Shown: piece by piece, positions 48,520 to 58,648 of the stretch
Position numbering within the stretch: position 1 is the first letter of the stretch
How the letters are laid out: each line of letters opens with the position of its first letter
DNA from: Phycisphaerales bacterium
GTDB taxonomy: Bacteria; Planctomycetota; Phycisphaerae; WQYP01
DNA: 64,000 bases
Reading direction: 5' to 3'
NCBI GenBank assembly: GCA_027451365.1
Contig: DAIDJN010000059.1
Span: forward strand, 43,317 to 107,316
The notes under the pieces: generated by a model
Told to the model about the DNA's origin: nothing
What the model saw: only the letters and a program-made list of their open reading frames with translations
Database searches by the model: none
Made by a program: the position numbers and the translations under genes

Positions 48520-51010
48520 TGGCAGTTCCTGTATGTCCGGATTCGTGTTTTATATCTTCATCAGAAGACTGCACGGAAACGCCCACTGCGCATGCCAAAG
48601 GCCCAAGCTTTCGCAGCGATTCCAACGCCGCGGGGTCCGGATCGGTTACCGGCACAGATGAGCTGTCCTGCGCGCGGTAACTGCTGTTATATGAATATTC
48701 ATGACGCGAGACATCTTTTTCGCTGGCCCTGTTGAAAATCACACCTTCCAGTCGCGCGCCGACGGAAGTCAGGTAGCTGGTGGTGCGTTCAATCAGGCCG
48801 CGGGTTTCACCGCGCGCCACCACCAGTACCACGCCATCCACCTGTCCGGCGATGAGTGCGGATTCAAGGGAACCCAGCACTGGTCCGGAATCCAGCAGAA
48901 TCATGTCATAGGTCGATTTGGCATTCTGAATCATCAGGCGAATTGCCGCCGGCGAAAGATGATTGGCGTGATGCGGCCTCGCCCGCCCCAGTGCCAGCAC
49001 ATCCAGGTTTTTAATCTTGGTTTTGCTGACGCAGTTATCCAGCGGTTTGCCCAGCGCGGCATCCAGCAATCCACGGCGCGACCGTCTTTGCGATGCCAGC
49101 ACTTTGTCCAGATTTTCCGGGGTGATAAGCCCGCGCTGCAGCAGTTCCCACCCGATCGGCCTTCGCGATTCCCTGGCCGCGGCGATGGCATCCTGGAGTT
49201 GTTCGGGGCTGATCATTTTTTCTTCCACCATGATTTCCCCGAGCCGTCGGCTTCGGGGAATACCCATGCGGTCGGTCAGCGTGCCGGTCACAAGGTCCGC
49301 ATCTATCAACAGTGTGCGGGCACCGGATGCCGCATACGACATCGCCAGGGCAATGGCCAGACTTGTTTTGCCGGCTCCAGCCGTCGGGCTGGTGAATGCC
49401 AATGCCCGTGGCCCGGGCGCGCTGGCCTGAACCTGCAGCAATCCGCGGATTCGGTGAATCACACTGGCGCCCAAGGCCAGGTCCAATGGCATGGCCGCTC
49501 CGTTGGCCGGCAATTGGGGAACAATTCCCAGCATGCGCCGGGAACCAAGCGTCGTAATATTCACATCCCCCGAATCACGCATGTTTCCGCCAATAAATCC
49601 GACCAGGGCCATCACCCCGAATCCCAGGAGAATGCCCAGCAGTCCCAGCGCTGCGGCTATAGGTTTGCGCATGTCTTTGGAAGGTGATCCCGGCTCGCTG
49701 CCCGTACTGATGATCCGCACGCGCCCGCCGGTGGCTGCCTCCATATTAATTGCTTCAACGCGCTGTTTAATGTGCTGAAGCTGCTGGCGCACATAATCCG
49801 CATGTTGCTGCAGACTAAGGACTTTGGAATAGCGGGTGCCCAGTTCCAGAGTTTGAGCTTTGACGGTCTGATACAGCTTACCGAGTTGATGTTCGCTGGC
49901 CTTAAGCATAGCCAGTGAAACCGGCATTCCGGAAACGTCAGTGGTGGGTCCGGACAAATTAACCGGTACTTTTCCCTTAAGACTTTCACGGTAAAGAGCC
50001 TCTTCCTGCCGAACCGAGTCAAGTTTCGCCTGCTCGGTCAGAACCTCGTGATTGTATTTTCCCAGCCCTTCCAGTTTCAGTGCATGAATGTGCTGGGCAA
50101 TGCCCATGGCCTGCAGATGCATTTGCTGCAGGGTGGAATCGGTCAGTTCGGCGGGCGGCGGTGCCTTAACGCCTTTCTTTTTATTGGCTTTTTCACTTGC
50201 CGCCGCCGCGCCCACCTTCGCCAGGGCGATGCGCGACTGCTGCCATTGGCTGTCAATTTTGGTCATCAGATTCAGTTTGTAGTTGTACACCACTCCCAAA
50301 CCATTGACGCCATACTGGCTGGACAACGCACTGATCTGGGTCAGGGTGCTTTGAAGATCATTTTCCAGGACCGTTTGCCGGTCGCGCAAGGCCCGCATCT
50401 GCAGGTTCTGAGTCACGTAATCGCCCTGGCCGTAAAGTTTGTTATAGGCTTCCACAATGGCGTGGGCACCAATCACCGCGACTTGCGGATTCAGGGCGGA
50501 AAAATCAATCGTAATAATTTCACTTCCCGGAACACGTACCACTTTCAGGCTTTTGGCGAAGGCCTCTTTTGCCTCCGGGGTAAGGCCTCGCTTAAGCGCC
50601 GCCCATTTCGGGTCCTGCATGGCCAGGTCAATGGTGTCGCGGCTTTGAATCAGCGCGGTTTGTGAGGCGACATAGGCACTGAACATCGGCATCGCCTGGT
50701 TTTCCGATGTCGTGTACAAAATTCTGGGCAGGTAGGGCAGAATGCGGATTTCCGCCGTGCTGGTGTAAATCGGCTTGATTGCCTTGAGTCCCACCACTAT
50801 GCCCACCACCGCCAGCACCAGGCCGATGATTAAAGCCTTCACATATCTGCCGCGCAGTAACTGGTGCGCCACCAGCAATGGATTGGCGGCCGGTTCATTG
50901 GTCATTCCGGAGGTCGCGGCATATGAATCAACCATTGGTTCGCCCTGCCACAAGGCTGGAGAATTATCATTTTGCGTGATCATTGGAAACTCCGTGTAGG
51001 ATCGCATCAA
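48497..51010 (-). CDS. Wzc-like polysaccharide co-polymerase/BY-kinase with an inserted MshEN-like module
   Basis: Two TM segments flanking a coiled periplasmic region; Walker A (TSPTAGAGKT), A' (LLIDAD), B (ILLDSGP); C-terminal Tyr cluster (EYSYNSSY). Confidence 0.85.
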   Translation of the reverse strand: MMRSYTEFPMITQNDNSPALWQGEPMVDSYAATSGMTNEPAANPLLVAHQLLRGRYVKALIIGLVLAVVGIVVGLKAIKPIYTSTAEIRILPYLPRILYTTSENQAMPMFSAYVASQTALIQSRDTIDLAMQDPKWAALKRGLTPEAKEAFAKSLKVVRVPGSEIITIDFSALNPQVAVIGAHAIVEAYNKLYGQGDYVTQNLQMRALRDRQTVLENDLQSTLTQISALSSQYGVNGLGVVYNYKLNLMTKIDSQWQQSRIALAKVGAAAASEKANKKKGVKAPPPAELTDSTLQQMHLQAMGIAQHIHALKLEGLGKYNHEVLTEQAKLDSVRQEEALYRESLKGKVPVNLSGPTTDVSGMPVSLAMLKASEHQLGKLYQTVKAQTLELGTRYSKVLSLQQHADYVRQQLQHIKQRVEAINMEAATGGRVRIISTGSEPGSPSKDMRKPIAAALGLLGILLGFGVMALVGFIGGNMRDSGDVNITTLGSRRMLGIVPQLPANGAAMPLDLALGASVIHRIRGLLQVQASAPGPRALAFTSPTAGAGKTSLAIALAMSYAASGARTLLIDADLVTGTLTDRMGIPRSRRLGEIMVEEKMISPEQLQDAIAAARESRRPIGWELLQRGLITPENLDKVLASQRRSRRGLLDAALGKPLDNCVSKTKIKNLDVLALGRARPHHANHLSPAAIRLMIQNAKSTYDMILLDSGPVLGSLESALIAGQVDGVVLVVARGETRGLIERTTSYLTSVGARLEGVIFNRASEKDVSRHEYSYNSSYRAQDSSSVPVTDPDPAALESLRKLGPLACAVGVSVQSSDEDIKHESGHTGTASDKSANE

Positions 51011-51719
51011 TCAGCTTCCAGTTCGGTTTTAGAAGCTGATAAAAAACCTTCATCCGATCCGTCGGAAGCATGTTGCCGGGCAGTGTCAGTTCCAACTGCG
51101 CGGCACCGAAAAATCGATCATTAAAAGTACCGGCATGACGGATAAATTCCTGTTCCGTGGGCAGGAATCGTCCATCCGGCATTACGAAAAAGTCCTCAAC
51201 ATAAATTTGCGTTTCTGTATCAAAACTTCCCCGACGAAATTTGTATTCCATTCCCGGTATGCGGTATCCGGCAATTTTCCAAATTCGCTTGGTTGATTTT
51301 TCCAGAATCCACCCATTGCCTGGATAGCAATTGGGGGGATAATGCCCCGTCAGGTTACGTGTGTCGGAACAGTCAATTATCATCAGGGTTGCAGCTTGCC
51401 CGGTCCGATTGTTGGTAAACTCCCTGCAGAAATCAACAGTGGGCTGCAACAGCGAAACGGCAGATCGCGGCAACGGAACATCACGGCCGTGCCAATTGCC
51501 GAAATGATGCGGCAGGCTTGCGGCGATCGCCATGACATGCGCCCGGTATTTTCGTGCCCCATGCGGAACGGGCCGGAAATAGCCGCGAACATTGATCGCC
51601 AACAGCAGCAGCAGCGCCAGAATCAGTGGTGCGGCCCGCCAGAGGCGATCCCGTCCGGAAACGGCGCGGCACCTGCCCGACGCATTTTCTGCGGAACGTT
51701 TACTCATATCCCAACCCAT
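50967..51719 (-). CDS. Exosortase-associated EpsI-like protein
   Basis: N-terminal TM, LPHHFGNWHG.D, GHYPPNCYPGNGW; directly follows the exosortase. Confidence 0.75.
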   Translation of the reverse strand: MGWDMSKRSAENASGRCRAVSGRDRLWRAAPLILALLLLLAINVRGYFRPVPHGARKYRAHVMAIAASLPHHFGNWHGRDVPLPRSAVSLLQPTVDFCREFTNNRTGQAATLMIIDCSDTRNLTGHYPPNCYPGNGWILEKSTKRIWKIAGYRIPGMEYKFRRGSFDTETQIYVEDFFVMPDGRFLPTEQEFIRHAGTFNDRFFGAAQLELTLPGNMLPTDRMKVFYQLLKPNWKLIDAILHGVSNDHAK

Positions 51720-52638
51720 AAGGCGTAACCGGTACTGCCGCCCACCGCAGCAGTTTCAATGTGCTCCAGAATAGCAGAAATGCGACCGGAAGCATCAACC
51801 AGCCGGCGGTATCGTGAAATAATTCGGCAGTCGCATGCGGATAGTTGCCAAAAACCCACACAGAGGGGACCAGACGCACAATATTGCAGAAAAGTGCCAC
51901 AAACGGACTGCTGATGATAAAAATAGCCCGCGCCACGCGATTCATGGGTGTCGCCAGGGCATACGTCGCCACCAGAATCATAAGGGCGATCGCCATTCGC
52001 AGGCCATCACAGGCTTCCGCGACTTCCACTTTAATATGATTGACAATCAGCACATTACCGGCCCGCGCCACCGGTACGCCAATAATTTCCAGCACCTGCT
52101 GGCTGATGCGGCTGGAAAGCTGCTCCAGCGGAACGGAGATTTCCTGCCGCACCGTTGCCGGTACGGGCACCAGAAAAAGCAATACCAGAATGGCCGGGAA
52201 GAACTTCTTCACAACATCAGTGCCCAAGGCCGCCATTCCCGCCCCAAACGCCATAAGTAATGAACCAAATTGCCAGAAAACCGCCATGCCGTGCCTGACG
52301 CCAAAATGGCTCACAAGAAACCCGCAAGCAATCACCAGCGGTCCCCACCAGCGCCCGGTCAGACGGCAATCGCGCCAGCGAAGCCGCCGAACCCATGTTA
52401 GCCAAATAAAAAACAGCGGTACCAGCAGGATGTGGCTGGAATCCTGGTCATTCATAGCAATATGGTAAATGTCTTTCCAGGCGGGCAATTGCACAAATAC
52501 CGCTACGGTAATCATGCCGGCTGCCGCCAGCAGATTCCACCAGCCCAGCCTGTCCCGAGGTGCGATGCGGGTCGCTCTGGCGAGAGGCCAAGATTTTGTC
52601 TTGGCATCTGGAACGGTCATTGTGTTTGTCATGGTCAC
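51700..52638 (-). CDS. Exosortase (EpsH family)
   Basis: SHILLVP, FLVPVP, GNVL, VAEACDGLR (Cys), NIVR (Arg), FHD..GW (His). Confidence 0.9.
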   Translation of the reverse strand: MTMTNTMTVPDAKTKSWPLARATRIAPRDRLGWWNLLAAAGMITVAVFVQLPAWKDIYHIAMNDQDSSHILLVPLFFIWLTWVRRLRWRDCRLTGRWWGPLVIACGFLVSHFGVRHGMAVFWQFGSLLMAFGAGMAALGTDVVKKFFPAILVLLFLVPVPATVRQEISVPLEQLSSRISQQVLEIIGVPVARAGNVLIVNHIKVEVAEACDGLRMAIALMILVATYALATPMNRVARAIFIISSPFVALFCNIVRLVPSVWVFGNYPHATAELFHDTAGWLMLPVAFLLFWSTLKLLRWAAVPVTPYGLGYE

Positions 52639-52910
52639 ACAAATATAGTACGTCTATGGCAATCCGTTTGGCGGTAATTTCCGCAGCTCGCACCGGTTCT
52701 ATGAGCGTGTTTTAATTAATTAGTGGTTGAAAAGAATGAAAATCTAAAAGACGGCGGTTGATTGCACCCTGACTTTTAGCGAATTCGGCAGCTTGTCAGC
52801 CGATTTTTGCAAAAGCTCCGCTATTCTCAACTGCGCTAAATTTTGCGCAGAAAGTCCCAGCTCGGCGCGGCGAGTGGCTTTTCTGACTCCCTTGCTCCCA
52901 ACCGGACGGA

Positions 52911-53498
52911 TTACGCCGCCCGGATTTTCATCGCCTTGGTTTCCTGCTCCGCAACTTCGGCCAGCTCTACAAGGCCTGCCTCAATTTCCATGCTTACCGC
53001 CTGACCAAGTATTTCCACCTGAAGCACCAGACGGTGCAGGTTCCCTCGGCTTTCAATTATACCGTGGACGCCCCGCATTGGACCTGATTTTACCATAACC
53101 CGCGTTCCAACTACAAGGAACGGATGGGGATCAAAGGTTTTATCGGCCGCAAGTGCCAATGTCAGGCTTCGCAGTTCACTGTCCAGGCGAAGCTGATCGA
53201 AGACTGTAATAATCCGAACTATCCGCCGCGTACGATCAACTGAAAAAGCGTCGTTGGCGGTGCCTTTCAAAAATACATAGCCAGGAAACAGGGGCAGTTC
53301 GCTTTTTAACTTGCGCCGTCCGCAGTAAGTGGTCTTGGAAACCAGCGGCAATACGTGGTGAATCTCGTTTTCGGCAAGAAATTCAGAAACCATCTTTTCC
53401 TGCCGGCTTTTTGTGTGCAGAACGAACCATTTGGCATCGTGGCTAATCGGCCCCGCGGTTGCCTGGTGAAGTTCAGGATTTGATAAGGATTCAATCAC
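52911..53498 (-). CDS. NusG-paralog transcription antiterminator (RfaH/UpxY/LoaP-like)
   Basis: WFVLHTKSRQEK, PLFPGYVF, KOW motif GTRVMVKSGPMRGVHGII; first gene of the glycan locus. Confidence 0.9.
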   Translation of the reverse strand: MIESLSNPELHQATAGPISHDAKWFVLHTKSRQEKMVSEFLAENEIHHVLPLVSKTTYCGRRKLKSELPLFPGYVFLKGTANDAFSVDRTRRIVRIITVFDQLRLDSELRSLTLALAADKTFDPHPFLVVGTRVMVKSGPMRGVHGIIESRGNLHRLVLQVEILGQAVSMEIEAGLVELAEVAEQETKAMKIRAA

Positions 53499-53723
53499 AG
53501 TACGCCATTTTTTCTGTCAAAGCCAACTTTTCCATGGTCAAACCTGACCCCGCAGCCCCGGCAATTTGGTGCCACACGGCCGATTACACAAGCATATTCG
53601 GACATTCAAAGCATGTGACTTTAGCTAAGTGTCCCCATAAAACCGTTTCGCGATGAATTTCACTCGCGTTTGGGCTAAATTCGGCGCGGAACCCCGGGTC
53701 CCACACCGTACTTTACTCATTTT

Positions 53724-53752
53724 ATTATAGGGATTCAGACACCTCATGTACA
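53724..53752 (-). promoter_or_regulatory. Candidate sigma70 promoter for the glycan operon
   Basis: TGTACA-17 nt-TATAAT on the minus strand, ~220 nt upstream of the antiterminator gene. Confidence 0.55.
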
Positions 53753-54007
53753 CAGGGCGGAACGACGGCGAAGGCACTGCCGGCCAGAGGCTTGATAAAT
53801 TAGAATACCAGCATCCGACGTGCGGCCAACCCGCCCAGCGTTCGCGAAAAAGAAAAATAGATACTTGTTACCGCTTTCGCGAAAATAGTATGTCGGTGCC
53901 GGTGACTAACCGCACCCCAAAAGCGGGGTATCCGCAGCAATGCACGCGCGCGTGATTAAGAACGACCAAGTAAAGCCAATTAGCCATGATATGGGTGAGG
54001 TAATGAT

Positions 54008-56647
54008 TTATCGGCAGGGTGGTACGCGCAAACCGTTATCGGTCATCGCAATATCTACCGCGCCGCATTTGCCGGTTTGCAAAAACCGTATTCCGGTTTG
54101 ACGCAGCAGGTGGCGATCATGGCGGATGGCCCGGCGATTTTCGCCGCAGGTTATTACCAGTTGCGGCGCAAGAGTTCGCAGCCAGTAGGCGGTGCCCGCG
54201 TTCAAATTGCCTGAACCGGTCATAATGACCGCGCAAATATGCTTGCGTATGTGCAGATGCTCAAGAACCGCACCGTGCCCCTGGGCGCGACTGATAATCA
54301 GAACATGCTGGCCATGAAACGAAATCAGCAGGACCAGGCCACGCAATTTTCGTGGCGGAACCTTGCGGGTCGGAAACAGGATGTCTATCGTGCAACCATC
54401 TGCTGTTTTCAGCGTATCTCCGGCGGATAATGGCCGCAGTGTACGGCCAGATTTTTGCACAAGTTCAATGACCCCGGCGGTCCCCGAAGCGTTCCGGTAG
54501 CTGGTCATATCCGGCCGATCGGTAAAAGCCTGTGCGATACGGTTGCGGGCCAGGATATTTGGCAGGGCGGCGGCGTGTGCAGAATCAATTTGCGGCGCGA
54601 TGACCGCCGTAATGCTGGATAGACCACGCAAACGCAGAGCGGTATTGATCTCGCCGGTCAACCGGCTTGGCGAGCCAAGGGTCCCGGCGGCAAGAACAAT
54701 TACCCGCCCGCCTGGCGTTTCGGCCAGCAATGCGTTTCCGCTGCCGGCGGAAAGTGCCAAAATCCGCATCGCACGGTGCGGCTGTGACCACGCATACCAG
54801 CCGACAAGCAGGACCAGCCAAGCGGTAAAAAGAACGGCAATATCCGCGCGGCACAAGCGAACCCGGCGACGGAAAATCCAGATAATGAGCAGAATAAAAA
54901 ATAGCCAGACCAGCAGACCCGGTGGCGACCGAACCGCAATATTGCTGCCGGGTAAATGGGCCAGATGTTTTACCAGCCAAGCCAACAGGCGGACCGACGG
55001 GTCACCCAAAATTGCAAGAAAATGGGCCAGCGGGGGAAAGATAAGGCCTGCCAGTAACTCCACCATCCCAAAAACCAGAACCAGTGTGACCAGCGGCAGA
55101 AGCAGCAGGCCGTTGATAACAGCCAGAGAATTGATTTGATGGTAATGCAGCGCAACCAGCGGGAACGCGATAAGCGAACCGATCAAATTGGCGGTGAATG
55201 CACCTAGAAAAAATGTCAAGACGTGCAGGCGAATTGCGGCGCTGATAGTCGCTGTTCCGCGGGCCAATTCAGCCTGCCTTCTCAGGTAACCGCCGAACAG
55301 GCCGCAGTACACGCGAGGGGCAAGACCTATCAGCCCAAGCGTGGTTAAAAAGCTTAATTGGAATGGAGCCTCAAACACTTCCATTGGCGACCAGATCACC
55401 ACCACAATGGCGGTGATCGCCAGAATATTCAGTATCCGTGGCGGTCGGGACCGCAACATGGAAATCAGGACCAGCACTGTGCCCAGCGCAGCGCGCACAA
55501 CAGGCGGCCCGCAGGGCGTTAACAGCATGTACATGAGTACCACCAGAAGCGTGATGGTCGCCCGGCGGCGTGGCCGGCGAATCAGAAGTCGCAATAGGAA
55601 CCAGATTGCGCCCGCAATAATCACCACGTGCATACCGGAAAGTGCCAGCAGGTGGGCCGCGCCAGCCATGGAAAATGCGCGTGCCACGCTGCGCACAGAA
55701 CGGTCGCGGTAGCCGAGCAACAGGGCGACCAGCGCATGGCCTGACTCACTGCCCTTCGGCTGGCTGGCCAGAATCAGATGTCGTAAATGCTGCCGATATG
55801 CGTCCAACCAACCAGTTAATGGCCAGAATCGCTGCGTTGGACTGGTCAACCGCAATTGCGACGCATGTGCGGTGGACAGCACTGCAAACATGCGCTGCCG
55901 TGCCAAATACGCGCGGTCATCAAATCCGCCCGGATTTTCGGCCTGCGGCGGACGCGACAGCCACCCCTCTATTTCCACCACCTGGTTGGTAGCTAGTGCG
56001 GGAAATTGCCCTGCCGCGCGAACTTGCACCCGGCCATTCGCCGAATGCCATTTGCCGTTCGCCCGGCTTGCGAGGACTTTCCCGCAAAAGGTGGTCACCG
56101 GACTGGCCAGTCGGAAAAGTGCGCCGCGTGCCGGTGGCGGCGGACACTTTGGCGCGCTGATCACCTCCAGTCTCAGGGCGGCAAGAATTCGGCCATGGGG
56201 AGGCAATGCGCGGGCGATATCATATGAGTTCAGGGCTGATTGCTGAGTATTTTCCAGTATAGCGCCGGTGATCAGAATGCTGATTGCCAGGAATATTTGC
56301 CCCAGGACGCTGGCGGTTGGAGTCAATCTTCTATGCGACGACACAGATTCATGCCGAACCGCTGACCACAGGCCCGCTATGGCACACAGGACCAGACAAA
56401 CAAAACCGATGATCAACAAGAGTCGCGCGGGCAGACCGGGCAGCAGATGGCCGCAAATAATGCCCGAAATCAGCAGCACCGCGGCGGGAAATAGTGGCTC
56501 TGTGCGAATGGATGGTGAACGTTGCAATGGAACGTCGGAAATGTCGGCGGCGAGAAAAATTGTATCGTCTGGTTGCGCCATCAATGTATTGTCCGTAGAT
56601 ACCGCCTTTTCGGTCTGGCCGCTAAACCTTTTTCTATGGTGCGGCAA
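54008..56647 (-). CDS. comEC: ComEC/Rec2 competence protein (degenerate C-terminal MBL domain)
   Basis: NPGGFD.R.YL, ALLLG, GAAHLLALSGMHV, PPVVRA, FQLSF. Confidence 0.88.
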   Translation of the reverse strand: MPHHRKRFSGQTEKAVSTDNTLMAQPDDTIFLAADISDVPLQRSPSIRTEPLFPAAVLLISGIICGHLLPGLPARLLLIIGFVCLVLCAIAGLWSAVRHESVSSHRRLTPTASVLGQIFLAISILITGAILENTQQSALNSYDIARALPPHGRILAALRLEVISAPKCPPPPARGALFRLASPVTTFCGKVLASRANGKWHSANGRVQVRAAGQFPALATNQVVEIEGWLSRPPQAENPGGFDDRAYLARQRMFAVLSTAHASQLRLTSPTQRFWPLTGWLDAYRQHLRHLILASQPKGSESGHALVALLLGYRDRSVRSVARAFSMAGAAHLLALSGMHVVIIAGAIWFLLRLLIRRPRRRATITLLVVLMYMLLTPCGPPVVRAALGTVLVLISMLRSRPPRILNILAITAIVVVIWSPMEVFEAPFQLSFLTTLGLIGLAPRVYCGLFGGYLRRQAELARGTATISAAIRLHVLTFFLGAFTANLIGSLIAFPLVALHYHQINSLAVINGLLLLPLVTLVLVFGMVELLAGLIFPPLAHFLAILGDPSVRLLAWLVKHLAHLPGSNIAVRSPPGLLVWLFFILLIIWIFRRRVRLCRADIAVLFTAWLVLLVGWYAWSQPHRAMRILALSAGSGNALLAETPGGRVIVLAAGTLGSPSRLTGEINTALRLRGLSSITAVIAPQIDSAHAAALPNILARNRIAQAFTDRPDMTSYRNASGTAGVIELVQKSGRTLRPLSAGDTLKTADGCTIDILFPTRKVPPRKLRGLVLLISFHGQHVLIISRAQGHGAVLEHLHIRKHICAVIMTGSGNLNAGTAYWLRTLAPQLVITCGENRRAIRHDRHLLRQTGIRFLQTGKCGAVDIAMTDNGLRVPPCR

Positions 56648-56658
56648 TGAATGCGAAC

Positions 56659-58536
56659 CTAAGGTTTTGTCAGAAGTTTAATCTGGTCTTGGATGGCATG
56701 AATGCTTTTCTTGATTCGGGCTTTGTGTTGTGTCAGGCGCGCCATATGGGCCGCCGAGACAAAACCCTTATCTTCAGCAATTCTAAAATCCACTTGCACA
56801 AGTGCCACCTGCTGCTGCCGCAGAGATACGGTCAAAATTGCCGCAATATAAGCCTTTTGTAATTTAATCGTACCATGATTGTGCGCCAGAGCATCGGCAT
56901 ATTGGAGGCCGATCTGCCCAAGCGCCCGGCGAGCCTGGGCCAGCGCCAGATTTGCGGCAATATCCGCCAGCCAGTTTTTTCGCGGATCTGTCGGTTTGAT
57001 GTGATGCTGCTTCTGTTGCCAGAAATTCAGATGCTGCAGGTTGCCGTCCAGAAGAGCGCGGGATTGGGCAGCCAGTTCACGGGACTCAAGCATGTGGATT
57101 TGTTTGGTACGAGCGGCCGAAGCTTTTGCATTGTCGTTCAGGGGTGAACTCTTTATTTTGTTCAGCAACGCATGACATTGGGCGGCCAGCCATAGCTGAT
57201 GATATTGCGATCTTTTCTGGTCAAGATGTGAATCAAACAGCATGGCCTGTTGCTGGATCTGTTTGGCGGATTTGCCGGAACTGGCGGCAAAATGGGCATG
57301 TTTCACGTCCCAGTCAATCCAGGCGGCATCCAAGGCTGTATAACAGCGGGCAATTTCGGCCTGGTCCAGCATGATGGTGCCTGATGTTTGCCAGTTTTCG
57401 TGCAGCACATGCCATGCCTTCCACAGCGATTCACGACATCGGTCAATGCGCTTAGCCAAAGGCAGATAGTGGTGAATGTACCGGGCAAAGGCGCGGTTTT
57501 TCCAGACCGCCCCCACAGCCCGCAGGTACTCCACTTCCGATACCCGCTTGAATTCAAGAGTCACTTTTACCCGACCGTTGCTGTCGAAAACTGTCTGCGG
57601 AACCCGCGACATATTCCGGTGATAGCGGATGTTGGGATATATCCAGTTATCCGCAGACAGTGGAAAATTCAGAAGCGATTGCGATTCATGCCGCAAGCCG
57701 CGAAACTGCATGGCAATCTGCGGATCGTCCATGAGAATAGTGTCCGCCGACACGCTCTGGCCGCCATGGACAGCACGCACGCTCGCTGGCAGCTTAAACG
57801 GACTGGGGTTTCCCAGATACAGCCAGCCGAAAGGACCGATGGCTACATGCCAGCCGCGCAAGCTGATAAGTTCTTCCAGTGGCCAGGTTTGTATTTTTCC
57901 ATGAAGTTTGAAGCGAACCAGAATCAGGACCGGTTCACCTCGATTGATTGTAAAATCCTTCAGGTTCGGTGCCCATTGCATGGCGGGATGAAAGCCGATC
58001 TTCTGCATATTGCGCATCAGCATGCTGCGGGTGGCGACGATTGAAAGCACGGTTTCGTGTAGAAAATTACTGGGGCGGCCGCACAGGGCGACATCCAGCC
58101 AGTTCGCCAGATGTTCATTCCAGAATGCGGCCGGCATGGTAAAGGAATGGCCGCTGGCACTGAGCGTAAATCTGGCCAGCTTTTCGTCGGACTGCTTTCC
58201 AGCGGGTGGCCGCGGCGGGCTGGTCGCGGTGGCCGGTGCAGCCCCAACCGCCCTGGCCGGGGGGCAATGCGCCAGCCACGATCCGGCCATCAGGGCCAGC
58301 AGACCGATGACCGGCAGAGTGACGCTAGCGGCTAATGATATGGAATGACGCGGTTGGTCGGTCGGTTTTTGCCTGTGATTCAAAATGCCGGCTCCTGCTG
58401 ATTGATTGTTGGATGGTTCAAGACAATTGCGGTCCGCAACGGGATTGATCGCGATCGTGGTGTTGCGGAGATTTTTCGCCGCCGCCATCCAATCGCTTCC
58501 TGATTTCCCGCAGTCTTCCCGATCGGGCGTTTTCAA
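56659..58536 (-). CDS. Hypothetical exported protein, YdjY-like domain plus helical C-terminus (start uncertain)
   Basis: Signal/TM segment; LDVALCG....LHETVL motif resembles YdjY domains (recall). Confidence 0.5.
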   Translation of the reverse strand: MKTPDREDCGKSGSDWMAAAKNLRNTTIAINPVADRNCLEPSNNQSAGAGILNHRQKPTDQPRHSISLAASVTLPVIGLLALMAGSWLAHCPPARAVGAAPATATSPPRPPAGKQSDEKLARFTLSASGHSFTMPAAFWNEHLANWLDVALCGRPSNFLHETVLSIVATRSMLMRNMQKIGFHPAMQWAPNLKDFTINRGEPVLILVRFKLHGKIQTWPLEELISLRGWHVAIGPFGWLYLGNPSPFKLPASVRAVHGGQSVSADTILMDDPQIAMQFRGLRHESQSLLNFPLSADNWIYPNIRYHRNMSRVPQTVFDSNGRVKVTLEFKRVSEVEYLRAVGAVWKNRAFARYIHHYLPLAKRIDRCRESLWKAWHVLHENWQTSGTIMLDQAEIARCYTALDAAWIDWDVKHAHFAASSGKSAKQIQQQAMLFDSHLDQKRSQYHQLWLAAQCHALLNKIKSSPLNDNAKASAARTKQIHMLESRELAAQSRALLDGNLQHLNFWQQKQHHIKPTDPRKNWLADIAANLALAQARRALGQIGLQYADALAHNHGTIKLQKAYIAAILTVSLRQQQVALVQVDFRIAEDKGFVSAAHMARLTQHKARIKKSIHAIQDQIKLLTKP

Positions 58537-58648
58537 TTGTCTATGGTAGTCGGATCACAAGGCGGGTCAAGGCGGGCAGCGCGGGGCGGTGTTGATGCAG
58601 GAAAATTTTCGCTTGGCATTCGTCCGGCGGGGGGTGACGAGCAAGGCG

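Noticed and set aside
41453..49687. Long antisense ORFs (e.g. 41453-42343, 45033-45818, 48701-49687)
   Set aside because: Shadow ORFs opposite well-supported genes in GC-rich DNA, with no recognisable motifs.
52669..52680. ops-like GGCGGTAA
   Set aside because: It is on the plus strand, opposite to the operon's non-template strand, and is imperfect.
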